This document shows, in pieces, positions 1 to 12,090 of a stretch of 64,000 nt of DNA. How positions within the stretch are numbered: the stretch's first letter is position 1; each line of letters begins with the position of its first letter. The stretch is from positions 27,528,001 through 27,592,000 of the forward strand of contig NC_059440.1 in the NCBI RefSeq assembly GCF_021028975.2. The letters are read 5' to 3'. Under the pieces are notes generated by a model that was not told the origin of the DNA, did no database searches, and saw nothing but the letters and a program-made list of their open reading frames with translations. The stretch comes from Sphaerodactylus townsendi. Lineage: Eukaryota. The position numbers were made by a program, and so were the translations under genes.

Positions 1-14
1 CATATGTGGGGGGG

Positions 15-100
15 GGGGAGTGCTTTGACTGTGTGTTCCTGCATGGCAGGGGATTGGACTTGATGGCCCTTGGGGTCTCTTCCAACTCTATGGTTCTAAC
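15..100 (+). mobile_element. CR1 LINE 3' end fragment
   Basis: ggcaggggattggacttgatggccc...tcttccaactctatggttcta CR1 3'UTR and tail. Confidence 0.7.
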
Positions 101-818
101 CTCCTGTGTGCCAAGCAGATACTCTACCACTGAATGATTGCCTCATGCCAATTTCCAGCCTTTCAACAGCTCACTGTTAAGGTGTTCAATGTATATAGAC
201 CATTCAGGTGATAGGAAAATGGAACTGCTGGCCAAATCAATTGGAGATTTTTGAAAACAACCATGTTGATTTTTTTTGTTGGCCGGTATATTTTCTGGGG
301 TAGGTGGTTACTTTTGCTCTTCCAAAAGTCTGTGAAAGGATGAGCTATATGTACAGCTGACTTTTTTTGATGATTGGTTTTAATTGTGCTTTGTAAGCTA
401 TACACCAGAGTAAAGAGACAATCTCTTACTCAGCCACCTCTGCAAATATTTTTTGACGATTCTGATCTCATGAAGGAGAACGTACTTATCTTCAAAGCTT
501 CTGTACCGGGATAGGAAGTCTCAAACAGACAGGAATGAAAACCACTGATGATTATCTCGCTGACTGCATTTCAGTCATTAGGACTGCCATCTTGGTTGAC
601 AGCTATGGTATAGTTTAAATTCCAAATGCTGATTGGTTGTGCTTTGCGATGTGTCACTTTTTTGTGTTGTGCTGTTTCTAGAAGTACGGTTTCGTGATGG
701 TCATGTGGTAATGACAAATAGGGTAGACAGAACTTAGCTGGCTATCGTGTAAGTTCTCACATGCTCCTGTGAGGAACCAGATAATTATCCTGTGAAGAAT
801 TAGGATTATCCTCTAGCA

Positions 819-957
819 CAGGGGTAGGGAACCTGCGGCTCTCCAGATGTTCAGGAACTACAATTCCCATCAGCCCCTACCAGCATGGCCAATTGGCCAT
901 GCTGACAAAACTTGATGGGAGGTGTAGATCCCTGAGCTTTTGGAAAACTGTCCCCTA
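819..957. mobile_element. Palindromic hAT MITE (right arm degraded)
   Basis: TIR CAGGGGTAGGGAAC; TSD CTCTAGCA/CTCTAGGA; same family as 35791-35938. Confidence 0.8.
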
Positions 958-1176
958 CTCTAGGATCCTTTAAATAAGGAAAGAAGGAGCATCCACAATT
1001 CTGGGTTTTCACCAAGTATGTGAATTCTAGCTAGCAGGATAGAACTAGGATCAAATGTGATTAGCAAGGTGAGGAACATCTGTGCAGGGAAGGTGGGGCA
1101 GGAGGAGAAAATGGCCACCCTTCCCCCCTTTACTGTATTTCTCTGATTTGCAGAGCTCCGTCTCTCTCCATTTTAC

Positions 1177-1380
1177 CTTTTGATCTTCGGTATGAAAGCG
1201 GAACTTGGACTTATTGATGCTCAGTTTCCCGTTGAACTTCCCAAGAGTGATGTACTGGATCCGGCCGTCCTGCCAGCTCCATCCAATGACCTCGTAGCCC
1301 TTGTTGATACTACGGTATTGGTCAAAATGGAACGAATGGTTTCTGATGCTGAAATTCAAGTTCTCCATTTTTTCTAGCAG
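1177..1380 (-). CDS. TAS1R3: TAS1R3 coding exon 4 (204 nt); exons 5-6 not seen in window
   Basis: LLEKMENLNF...YEVIGW...FHTEDQK; CAG acceptor and GTAAAA donor; phase 0/0. Confidence 0.9.
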
Positions 1381-1789
1381 CTGCAGAGAGGGAGAGGATG
1401 TGAGACGAAGGTGCCGCAAATTCCACTTCCCAAATTTACCTCCTGGTTAATAAACCACCCAGTACCCCCGCTCAAGTCTCTGGCCTGTACTAATCTTTTC
1501 TCTGGTTTCCATGATGGATTTGGAAAGGTTTGAAAGTATACTAAATGCTGTTTGGGAGACCATAGTACCCTACAATAAATATTTTGTGTTGTAGAGATTA
1601 GGAAGGAAAGGGGAAAAAAACATGCTTCCTGACCTCTTCCACTGACCAGAATCCATTTTTAACGCACTGGTTAATTCATTGTTTCCATCCCTATTATGTG
1701 TTTTTGAAAACTATTTATTTCCTGCCCATCCCTATGATGTATTTATTATTTCCTGCTTTTATAGCTTACCGTTTTGGTTTGGCAGGAGG

Positions 1790-1980
1790 GAAAAGGTCTT
1801 TCAGAAGTACAGCTGATTTCCGGACTACAAAGGTCAGTTCTCCTGGTGAAAATGGCGATTTTGGAGGGTGGACTCTGTAGCATTAGACCTTCCTGAGGCA
1901 CCTCTTCCTCCAAATCCTGCCCTCCCCAGACTCTACTTCCAAATCTCCAGGAATTTCCCAGTCTGGAGTTGGCAACTCTA
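1790..1980. mobile_element. Non-autonomous element fragment (TAGGGTTGCCA-terminus family)
   Basis: Similar in reverse to 57178-57891; ends TGGCAACTCTA. Confidence 0.6.
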
Positions 1981-2025
1981 GAAGCAGTATTTATGCTGAA
2001 AGGAGGTAGATCAATCAACTCCACT

Positions 2026-2699
2026 CAGGGCTGTAACGAGGCAGCCCTGGGCAAACTGTAGCCCTGGGCAAAACCTGAGGCCCCCCTGAACCAAACTGCA
2101 CCAAACTTGGGGGGTGCCATCATCTCCAGATGATACCCTGAAATTTTGGTGCCGATACATCCAAAAATGCACCCCCTGCAGGAACATCCTAGAAATTTGC
2201 CCAAGAATCTTTGTACTGCATTGAGTTTTCTGCATTGCTGTCAATGGGGGTTGCAGGCTGTGGGGGAGCACATTTCTGAGAGGCATAGTCTCAAAGGCAC
2301 CGAGGGTCTCAATCAGAGGACTTTGCCCTAATGATACCTCCCAAGTTTGGTACAGTTTGGTTCAGGGGGGGCAAAGTTATGGACCCTCAAAACTGTAGCC
2401 CCCATCTCCTATTAGCTTCCATTGGAAACAATCGGGGATAGGGGCACCCCCTTTGGGAGTCCATAACTTTGGACTCCGTGAACCAAACCTCACCAAACTT
2501 GGGGGGCACCATAAGGACAGTCTCCTGATGAGACCTTTAGACCCCAGTGCCACGGATAGCCACTAAAAAACTGCGCCCCCTGCAGGCCAAAAATGGAAAA
2601 CCACTAAAATACCCAAAAACGAACCCAGCATTTTGATGCCCCCCACAAGGTGATGCCCTGGGCAGCTGCCCACCTTGCCCAATGGGCATTACGCCAGTG
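2026..2699. mobile_element. Non-autonomous DNA transposon (hAT-like) with internal repeated module
   Basis: Imperfect TIRs CAGGGCTGTAACG / CATTACGCCAGTG, subterminal GCCCTGGGCA repeats, internal direct and inverted CACCAAACTTGGGGGG modules; TSD not clear. Confidence 0.6.
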
Positions 2700-2725
2700 G
2701 AGCCACCTTGCCTTTGCTCTCTTAC

Positions 2726-3522
2726 CTGCCATGGTTTGATGCTACAGCACTTCCTTACATGCCAGCCCGGCACCACAACCCTAGCGGCGTTGTGGCCCAG
2801 CGCCCGCGAGGCCACACCGTGGGCCAGCCCGCGTACACAGCAAAAGTCTGCCGATGCTCCAGAACTGTAGTAACGTTGTCTAGGGAAAGCTGGTCACACT
2901 GCGGACACTGCAACCCCAGAACGTCAGAGCCCACTTGGTTGCCTTCTTTCTGGGAAGCCTCACAGAAACTCTTCTGCTGGGTCAGCTCGAAGAGTCTCCT
3001 GATGTAGCTACTAAAACGGGAGATGTTCCCCGCCTTGATGATGAAACCGATGACCGTCCCAATAGACTCCACTCGTCTGAGAGAGGAGACCACTTCGGAC
3101 ATCACCCACGCTTCAGTGGCCAGCCACACCTTCTGGCTCAGCCCCAGCCTGAGACACACTTTGAGGAGGGCCCGAACCGGCCGATCGTTGGAAAAGAGGA
3201 CAACAACGTTGACGTTGGTCTTGTTGATTGACAGGACGGTCGGCTCCAGCCTCGTCTCGAGGTCGGGGATCGACACATCAGACGGGATCAGCCCCTCATA
3301 GGCAATGCAGATGCCTTTGGTGACCGCCATGGTGGACAGGAGGCTGAGGCCTTCTCGGCCATATTCGTCGTCGCTGCCAATGATGGCGATCCAGTTCCAC
3401 TTGAAGGAGACCAGGAGTTCTATCATGGCTTCCAGCTGGATCTTGTCGCTGGGCACGGTGCGGAAGAAAGAGGGGTACAGTTCCTCGTTGTTCAGCTTCT
3501 CAGCCGTGGCACCGTAGCTGAC
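2726..3522 (-). CDS. TAS1R3: TAS1R3 coding exon 3 (797 nt as given; net frameshift near its 3' end)
   Basis: VSYGATAEKL...YPSFFRTVPSD...WNWIAIIGSDDEYG; ends IKPWQ|GTAAG in a different frame; length is not a multiple of 3. Confidence 0.9.
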
Positions 3523-3777
3523 CTGAAGCGACAAAAAGCAGTGGTCGCATCCACAGATCATTTCTGCATGACAAGCTGATAGCTAACATAATTAAAACAT
3601 GCAATTGCATAAAATCACATATAAAGTCAGTACATCAACCTAACTAAATTTCAGGGGCCCAGCAACGACTTAGACCTACGATAACCACCCTATTTGTTTC
3701 AACCAAGACCTTAATGCCTGAATGTGAGGCAGAACTTGTCAACAGAGGGGCGCAACACCAGATGACATAGCATGGTA

Positions 3778-4114
3778 AGAAGAAGAAGAAGAAGAAGGAG
3801 GAGGAGGAGGAGGAGGAGGAGGAGGAGGAGTTTGGATTTATATCCCCCCTTTCTCTCCTGTAAGGAGACTCAAGGTGGCTTACGAGCTCCTTCCCCCCAC
3901 GCCCACAACAAACACCCTGTGAGGTGGGTGGGGCTGAGAGACCTCTGAAGAACTGTGACTAGCCCAAAGTCACCCAGCTGGCGTGTGTTGGAGTGCACAA
4001 GCTAATCTGATTAACCAGATAAGCCTCCACAGCTCAAATGCCAGGGCAGGGAATCAAACCCGGTTCTCCAGATTAGAGTGCACCGTCCCTCTCTCAACCA
4101 CTACACCGCACTGG
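3778..4114 (-). mobile_element. Squam3-like tRNA-derived SINE with (CTT/CCT)n tail
   Basis: Matches the other copies; Pol III A/B box head; simple-repeat tail. Confidence 0.85.
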
Positions 4115-4242
4115 TGTAATGGTTAAGAGCAGGTGCACTCTAACCACTACACTACGCTGGTTAAGAGCAGGTGCACTCAGGTGCAGTCTTCGTTTCTAGA
4201 GACGAGTTCTGTATAGCAAGAGAACTCTCTCATATGGCTATT

Positions 4243-4580
4243 TAGAAGAAGAAGAAGAAGAAGAGGAAGAGGAAGAAGAGGAGGAGGAGGAGTTTTGGAT
4301 TTATATCCCCCCTTTCTCTCCTGTAGGAGACTCAAAGGGGCTTACAATCTCCTTTCCCTTCCCCCCTCACAACAAACACCGTGTGAAGTAGGTGGGTCTG
4401 AGAGAGCTCCGAAGAGCTGTGACTAGCTCAAGGTCGCCCAGCTGGCATGTGTGGGAGTGCACAGGCTAATCTGAATTCCCCAGATAAGCCTCCACAGCTC
4501 AAGCGGCAGAGTGGGGAATCAAACCCAGTTCTTCCAGATTAGAATGCACCTGCTCTTAACCACTGCGCCACTGCTGCTCC
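4243..4580 (-). mobile_element. Squam3-like SINE
   Basis: Full-length copy ending about 15 nt from the TAS1R3 exon 2 donor. Confidence 0.85.
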
Positions 4581-4594
4581 TTTACCAGAATTAC

Positions 4595-4895
4595 CTGTGG
4601 GATCAGGAAGAAGCTAAAAAGCCTAGCGGTGACGGTGCAGAGCTCTGAGCTGTGGGGCCCTATGACAGCCAGCATGCGGGTCCGGTAGTCCGTATAGTTG
4701 CAAAGGACCCCGACGCTGCTGGTGCCCTTCTGGGTCAGGAACAGCAGGCTGGGCTGGAGGGCCACGATCGGCTCCATGCAGTCGTCGTAAATGTCATAGC
4801 CGAGCTCGATCCCCGGCAGCAACGCGGTGGAATTGTTAATTTCCTCCACAGCAAACTTCATCCCCAGAGCCCAGATGAGACCGGAGGTGTAAATC
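4595..4895 (-). CDS. TAS1R3: TAS1R3 coding exon 2 (301 nt)
   Basis: AG/GT boundaries; [28 protein letters not shown]...AVIGPHSSE...FLIPQ Venus flytrap domain; phase fits exon 1. Confidence 0.95.
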
Positions 4896-5084
4896 CTGCA
4901 AAAAAGCAAAACAAAACCTGGGTGGTGGTGGTGCAGGTGGTTCATAATATAAACATAGCTGTCGTGATAGCACCCACTTGGGAAACACTCTGGTTTTAGC
5001 ATTTGCTCTCTGCTCTGCTGAGCCCTTGGACCCAGAAGTATTGGGCATTTGTGCTGCAGCGCTGGCGTTTGATGCTCTCCTTAC

Positions 5085-5263
5085 CTCTCGCACACGTAAA
5101 CATCCGGCAAGGTTCGGTATGTTGTATCGGTGGTGAGGACTCGCAAAGGGAACAATCCGCCCAGGAGGTAGTCTCCGTGTTTTCTAAACTGTGAAGAGAT
5201 GCAGCGCTCTTCCTGGGCCAGGGTCCAGCCCAAACCAATACCAAACAGGAGGACAATGGCCAT
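5085..5263 (-). CDS. TAS1R3: Taste receptor type 1 member 3, coding exon 1
   Basis: ATG at 5263; signal peptide MAIVLLFGIGLGWTLA then GDYLLGGLFP class C GPCR motif; GT donor at 5084; lies next to CPTP as in human. Confidence 0.9.
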
Positions 5264-5626
5264 GGCTCTTGAGTGGTTCCGACAGCAATCTTTGACTCCT
5301 CGTTTTGAAATAGAATGAGCCGATGGTAGGCAAGGAAACCTATGGAAATGCCAGGTGTCAGCCCCTAAAAGTACATTTTTATTAACTTGAGTTACAGGTG
5401 GCGAGGAGGGGAAACATCCCAAAAGATTTGTTTAGCAAAGTGCTCCATGTGCATGGTGATATATCTGGGGGGAAGATGTATTCATCCATGCTAACCAAAT
5501 GTCCTGAAGGGCTAGTCTGCAATGCTGTTTTGCAAACCACCAACCCAAATCTTTGCCGTTCCCTCACCAAGAGGTTTTACATTTACTTAGAAAGGCCAAT
5601 TGCTTTCTCCAGCCATGGGTCACATT

Positions 5627-6450
5627 AGAATCATAGAGTTGGAAGAGACCAAAAGAGCTCTGCTATTCAGGAACATATAATCAAAGCACTCCTGACAGGT
5701 GGCTATTCAGCCTCTGTTTAAGAACCTCCAAAGAAGGAGACTCCACCACACTCCAAGGTAGTGCATTCCATTATTGAACAGCCCTGACTGTCAGGAAGTT
5801 TTTCCTGATGTTTAGGTGGAATCTCTTTTCCTTCCCCTTGAACCCATTACTCCTGGTCCCAGTCTCTGGAGCTGCAGAAAACAAGCTTGCTCCCTCCCCA
5901 ACATGACATCTCTTCAAATATCTAAATATGGCTATCATGTCACCTCTTAACCTTCTCTTCACCAAACTAAACATTCCTAGCTCCCTAAGTCTCCTTTTGT
6001 AGGGCCTGGATTCCAGACCTTTGACCATTTTGGTTGCCCTCCTCTGGACCCGTTCCAACTTGTCAATATCCTCCTTGAATTGCGGTGCACAGAACTGGAC
6101 ACAATATTCCAGGTGAGGTCTAACCAATGCAGAATGGAGAGGTACGATTACATCCCTCGATCTAGACACTATACTCCTATTGATACAGCCCAGAATTGCA
6201 TTGGCTTTCTTGGCTGCCGCATCACACTGCTGACTCATGTTCAGTTTGTGGTCTACTAAGACTCCCAGATCCCTTTTGCATGTAGTGTTGTCAAACCAGG
6301 TGTGCATTTCATTTTTTTCTGCCTAAGTGTAGTATCTTACATTTATTTCTGTTGAAATTCATTATGTTTGTTTTTGCCCAGCTTTCCAATCTGTCCAGGT
6401 CATTTTAAATTCTGACTCTGTCCTCTGGGGTATTAGCTACCCCTTCTGTT
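5627..6450 (-). mobile_element. CR1 LINE 3' fragment (end of ORF2 plus 3'UTR)
   Basis: RDLGVLVDHKLNMSQQCDAAAKKANAILGCI...RPHLEYCVQF...LRGDMI; ATTCT tail. Confidence 0.92.
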
Positions 6451-7012
6451 TTGGTGTTTTAGCCTTCAGGGTAGCTATGTACGGATCACAGTGAAAGGAT
6501 TGTCTCTCAAGTGCTTGCTTTGTGCTGTTCTATGTGCTATTTTTCTGTGTAGGCGTTGCACTTTTCTACGTTAAAATCACCCGTATTGTTTACTTAGTTG
6601 CTTTGGATTTTGCCCAGTGGGCATGATATAATAGTTGTTGTCTAGACAATTAGGCTTGATCCCACATCAAGGCTTCTCTGTCAAATCTCTGCATGAGTTG
6701 CTGTTCTGAGCTGGCCTCTTGATTCAGCCATGACTGAGTAATCCTGCTATGGCATGGTTTGGTCTCCTTGGATGCACTGGCACAGACCTAGGAAATCCTG
6801 AGTGTCTCATTCTTTCCTTGTCTAATCCCAGTGCTGTAAATTCAGGGGATCTGTAAATCTGGCACTGCTTCCGCCCCTTCTACAAGATTTCTACACCTGG
6901 CCTGATTTCAGAGATCATGAAGGCCTGGTTGGAAGACACAGAGGGTCTCCCACTGCCATGCTGTCGCTTGATGGGCTGTGACTTTTGTATAAGTGTAACC
7001 CTTTAGGGGCAG

Positions 7013-7322
7013 GAGGCAGATAGTATGGTGTAGTGGTTAAGAGTAGATGCACTCTAATCTGGAGGACCAGGTTTGATTCCCTGCTCTGCCACTTGAGCTG
7101 TGGAGGCTCATCTGGTGAACTTATCTTGTGCACTCCAACACATGCCACCTGGGTGACCTTGGGCTAGTCACAGTTCTTCAGGGCTCTTTCAGCCCCACCC
7201 ACCTCACAGGGTGTTTGTTGTGAAGGGGGGGGAGGAGGGAAAAGCGTTTGTGTCTCCTTACAAGGCCCTTTGAGTCTCCTTACAAGAGAGAAAGGGAGGA
7301 TATAAATCCAACTCTTCTTCTA
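7013..7322 (+). mobile_element. Squam3-like SINE
   Basis: TGGTGTAGTGG A box, GGTTTGATTCC B box, CTT tail. Confidence 0.85.
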
Positions 7323-7485
7323 CGTCGGCTTCAAAGGGAGTATCTGTACTTTGCCTTTGTTGACGCATGACAACGGGGCTGGGCTACAACCCAGCTGTTT
7401 GTGGAGTGGGCAACATTTTGCCACCAACACTGCAGCTTTTCAGTACTAAAAATCCAAGGCAGCGGCTCCGTGTACGAAGATAGTA

Positions 7486-7491
7486 TTTATT
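7486..7491 (-). terminator. Candidate CPTP polyadenylation signal AATAAA (about 2.3 kb 3'UTR)
   Basis: TTTATT on + strand at the end of a largely repeat-poor tract downstream of the CPTP stop. Confidence 0.5.
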
Positions 7492-9829
7492 TCCAGTGAT
7501 AGATATACAATCTCCAATACAGCCACACCACAAGCATTCCGTCCACGGGACTGTAGTGCAAATATTTCCAGCAGCTACCTGGAGGAAGGGCAGCTTAAAC
7601 AGACCAATGAAACAGCTAGAAAACAATCATAGTACAGCAAACGCTTTTGATTGGTTTGAAAATCCAGCATTAACAGACACATTGGGGAAAACATCCCTTG
7701 TACAGAACTCCTTGGATTGTCTGAAAGTTCAACCGGCAGCCTTGTGCAATGACAAACTGAAACATTACAGCATACTTAATTTTTTAAAAGCATTTCATAA
7801 CAGACATGTCTTGCTATCAGACAGGGCAAAGGTATTTCTAGATCTAAAAAGAGTTGAGCATGCTTATAGCCATAATCCAATACAGACTTATCTATGAGTA
7901 AGGCCCACTGAATAAAAGTGCTTCTGTGTAAACATGCCATTGTCTTCTGATGACTGGGGAACAAGTTAGTGGCGAGGCCAACCGACTAACTTCGGTGGGG
8001 CTGAAGTCCGTTTATTTCTCAACCCTGGGCCATGGGGTCGAAGGTTCTGGCAGAAGAACTCTAAATACTTTGAACGTCGCTTTCTTTTGCTGCTTTGAGC
8101 AATCGAAAAGATGGAGGATTTTAATAAAAGTACGTTTGAAAAAGCAGCCTCTGATTCCGGGAACGGCAAATGCATGATAATGCTGCTTCCCAGAATATGG
8201 AATGGAGGGAGGGGGCATCGGAAGGGAAAGAAAAGTCACAGGTCATGATAAACCGGGAAGGGGGGGGGGTGCGCTAACATTCTTGCGATGGAGTCTTAAG
8301 CAGAGTTATTGCACTCTATGCCTATGCATTTCAGCAAGAATTCATCTGCATTGGATTGCATTGTAAAAGGAGAGGGGGAAAGCCAATGGACGGAACACCA
8401 GAAAGGCTGACTATACAGCAGCAGAAACCACGAACAGGGCATCCTATTACAGAGACTGACACCTGTCCATCACTTGTCAGATGCCTGATATTGTTCTCAA
8501 GTAATTAGGCTGGGTTCTTTTGGGGCGTCATTAGCCCTAACTAATTTGCCTTAACTAGGAAGGCCATTGCTACAGAATTTGGCTGCTGAAATTGGTCCCT
8601 TTACTCTTTTTGCAGCCGTGTTTTTGGTTTCTACCATGCCAACATTTTTCTCAGTAGCAGAGTTCCCAGCGCTTCTGCATAGATCGGTTCTTCTTAATCG
8701 AACTGACCAGCAGCCATCTTGGATTCTGTGCAGAAGCAGGGTGGGAGACCTTAAAACACTAGCAGCTTGTGTAATAAACACCCTCAGGGCATCCATCACA
8801 CTAACAGAGTGATCGCCAGGTCCCTTGCTTGGAACTGAGGACTGACAGGATGGTTCTGAGTGACAGAGAAGTTAAGCAGCACTGTTGATAATCCTGGCGG
8901 AGTAGTCTGCAGGCCAGAGGCTTTAGATACCTTAGTGAATGAACTGAAGAAGAATACTGTCTTGGTGAGAATGGTTCAAGAGCATCACTGTGGACCTGAA
9001 GCCAGAACTGAATACCCCGTTCCACAGCCTGGAGGATACAAGCAGCAATAACTTCAGTGTTCAGAGGTCCTCCTTTGCATGTGGAAGGTCTCCAGTTCAA
9101 CACCCGGCATCACCAATGAAAAAAAGATCTTGCATTAAAAGGGCCTGGAAAAGAATTTAGCACAAGCCACTGGCAGGCAGCTGACACGGTAATGTGTCAG
9201 AGAGTCTACTTCCCAGCCTGCCGTGGCACTAAGACAGCTTCGTACATCCAAGGGCCCAACAGAATTTCTGTGGGACCTTTCCTTTGTTATGCCTGTAGAT
9301 CATGCCATTACACCTTTATCTTAAGCACAATCCCCCCCCCCAATTTTAACACTATATATACACAGAGAGCAATCAGTTGCAAAATGACTTTGAAAAGCAT
9401 GATTGTGACTACTGTGAAGCATTGATTAAACAGCATTTGATTGATAAAGAGTGTGCACAGTTTACACCCCAGACCAGAGAAACCACACTTCCAAAATCAG
9501 TGTCATCTACACCCTGAGAAATTCATCCTCTACTTCTACAATTAACTCTTTAAAAAAAACACTAACTGGAAGATGATTGCTTTCAACTGTGTTGCAGAAG
9601 GACCAGGAGACAGGCCAAGTTTCTTTGGAGACGGATCAAACAGAACAGGCGTTTGGACGCTGGAGAGCTTATACCTATAGGAAACCCAATTTATGACAGA
9701 GCTGAGTAGGAGAAGCTATGGATTTTGCTGCCAGAATGCTCCCGGATTTATACACGGATTTTGAAACAAGCGATTGTGCGAGCCCCGATTGTTAACGCTC
9801 GGGAAAGCGTGGATGACGGGCCTATTCCG

Positions 9830-10352
9830 TTATGGGATGTCGAGAAGATTGTGCTGGGCGTACAGTGCTTGTGTGATGTCGTAGACTTTGGAGATGCTGG
9901 GCAAAGCCTCCTCCAGCATTGCCACGGCATCCGCAGGGGTGCCCACGTTCATGAGCTCCAGGAAGTCGTTCCGAGCGGGCAGGACGTAGAAAGACAAGAG
10001 GGCCGTCTTGCGGATAAGCCACGGGTGGTGGTTGGCCAAGGAGGCATTGTATGCTTCTGCACACAGGGCTGCTGTGCTGGAGTCCTCGGTGCTGACCTGC
10101 AGGCTTTCCAAGAACAGCTGCAGCCAGCGGAGGGCGCGGTGGAGGCGTAAGATTGTCCGGCACCCTGAAGGGGAGTGGTTTCCTTGCTTTTTCAAATCCA
10201 TCAGGTTGTTGGCCAGTTCATACTTCACCATGGACTGAAGGGTCAGGTACTGTGACTTTTGTTCGCTGCTGCGGTAGTTCTCCATGATCTGTATTTTGGC
10301 TACCGCATCTTTGGAAATGAAGGAGAAGATGGCCCCCAAAGTGTTGAGGAAC
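9830..10352 (-). CDS. CPTP: CPTP last coding exon (total 214 aa)
   Basis: FLNTLGAIFSFISKD...SGCRTILRLHRALRWLQLFLE...LLDIP*; GLTP-fold motifs; 122+523 = 645 nt. Confidence 0.95.
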
Positions 10353-11105
10353 CTAGGGTTTAAGACAGGAGATTGTTTGTCCGGTTCCAAAATGGAGACT
10401 TATAACAAGAAAGCCTATCGCTTCAACTTGGCAACTCATGTTTCCTCTTATCTCCACACTTAACATACAGACATATGACGAATTATGTAGGATATGTAAT
10501 GTCTCTTGGAGTGCAGAAACACATCTGGTTCACCCAATAAGCCTCTGCCACTCAGGTGGAGGAGTGGGGAATCAAACCCTGTTCTCCAGATTAGAATCCA
10601 CCTGCTGTTAACCACTACACCTCACTGGCTCTCACTTACTGGCCTTCCAACTTTCCCTCCTTTATCATCATCGCAGTAGATTGGCATGTAAATGGGACAG
10701 GGATGGTATAATATGATTTTTTTATGATATGGTTTTGGTTTCAGGCTAGGCAGGGGTTATACGGAGGCACATATTCACCATCAATCCTGGTTTACAGTGT
10801 TTCAAAGTTCAATTTTAATCATGTTATTAATCATGTTATTTATTGACAAATGTTACTGAATTGTGCTTGTAGGCCTCCCTGAGCCTCGCTCTAGCCAGGT
10901 TAGGGTATCAAATTTAATAAAATAAAAATAAATAAATAAAAGCCACAGAAGTCAATGTGCTTAAAGTAACTCTATATAAGATTGCACTGCTTAATCTCTA
11001 ACCAAGTCCTAGGCACGCACATTTGAGAGTCAGCCCCAATAAACATAGTGGGAGTTACTTCTGAATAGACAGGTATAGGATTGTGCAGTGGGGTTGTGAG
11101 CATAC

Positions 11106-11227
11106 CTGACCAGTCCTTTCCAGCCTGCTATGTAAGGATCCATTAAGATTTCTTGCTGATCACTGAGGCAGGACTGGAATGTGACCAGCACTTCCTTCAG
11201 GCAAACCCCGTCATCCCCGTTAGCCAT
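11106..11227 (-). CDS. CPTP: Ceramide-1-phosphate transfer protein, first coding exon
   Basis: MANGDDGVCLKEVLVTFQSCL...PYIAGWKGLVR; acceptor at 11237-11238, GTATG donor. Confidence 0.93.
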
Positions 11228-11970
11228 GCTGGAACTCTGAAAAGACAACAGAGGGATCAACCAGAGCAGTACGAGAAGAGTTGTTTTTATACTCCACTTC
11301 AACTACTATTAAGGCATCTCAGAGCGGTTTATAATCTCCTCCGCGCCCGCCCCCCAACAGGTACCTTGTGAAGCAGGTATTTTCGAAAGGAAAGACTCCT
11401 TATTTGCTGCTGCTTCCCAGAAGCCTCTGGGGCAGATAGAGATCTGAATTGGCACCCATCACCAGTTAGGTTTGCAATACCTTTCAGTCTCCCCTTTTAA
11501 AGTGTAGGCAGAATTTTCTATCACGATCTCATCTCCTCCTCCTCCTCCTCCTGTCCTCTGTTTTAGGCTAGGGTTGTACTTCACTGCTGGAGCATCTCCT
11601 TAGCATACAGACAATCCCAGGTTCAATCTCCACAAATGGGTTTTAACAGACTGTTACATTTATTTCCCAGTTCTTAAATCACATATTGTATGTGAACAAG
11701 ATCTCTTCCGACCGGTAATTATTTGTTATCTACTAGAATTTGTATTGGCTTATTCTAACTTTTATGGATGGTCTAACTTTTATGGATGGTTTAAGACTGC
11801 CATAAATAAACGTCTAATAATAACATCTATCAATATTATGCTTTCCCCCATCCTATTTAAACAGCTGGGACTAAATTTGAGGTTGAAGATTCCACCTCGA
11901 CCTTGGCTACCACCTCCCCTGCCCCAGGGGTCCCTCCTTGGGGACTTTCTCCCTTTCCCACCTTACTCAC

Positions 11971-12090
11971 CCTGGCTATCACTTCCTCCTTCCGAACTTC
12001 AGGCAGCTTTCCTGGGTGCCGCCTGTCAGCGACTAAAAACCCTTCTCCCCGCTCTTGCCCGCCTTCCTCCGCCGTCCCACCAATCATCTT
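11971..12090 (-). other. CPTP: Probable non-coding exon 1 of CPTP (5' end approximate)
   Basis: Strong donor CAGG|GTGAGT at 11970 on the minus strand, just downstream of the CpG promoter. Confidence 0.55.

Noticed and set aside
1-1176. TAS1R3 exon 5 (cysteine-rich domain)
   Set aside because: No CCxxC-type exon found here; it presumably lies beyond the window, so its absence is not evidence of loss
5771-6307. 178-aa ORF (and similar ones at 18458-19121 and 44360-44812)
   Set aside because: CR1 ORF2 C-terminal remnants, not host genes
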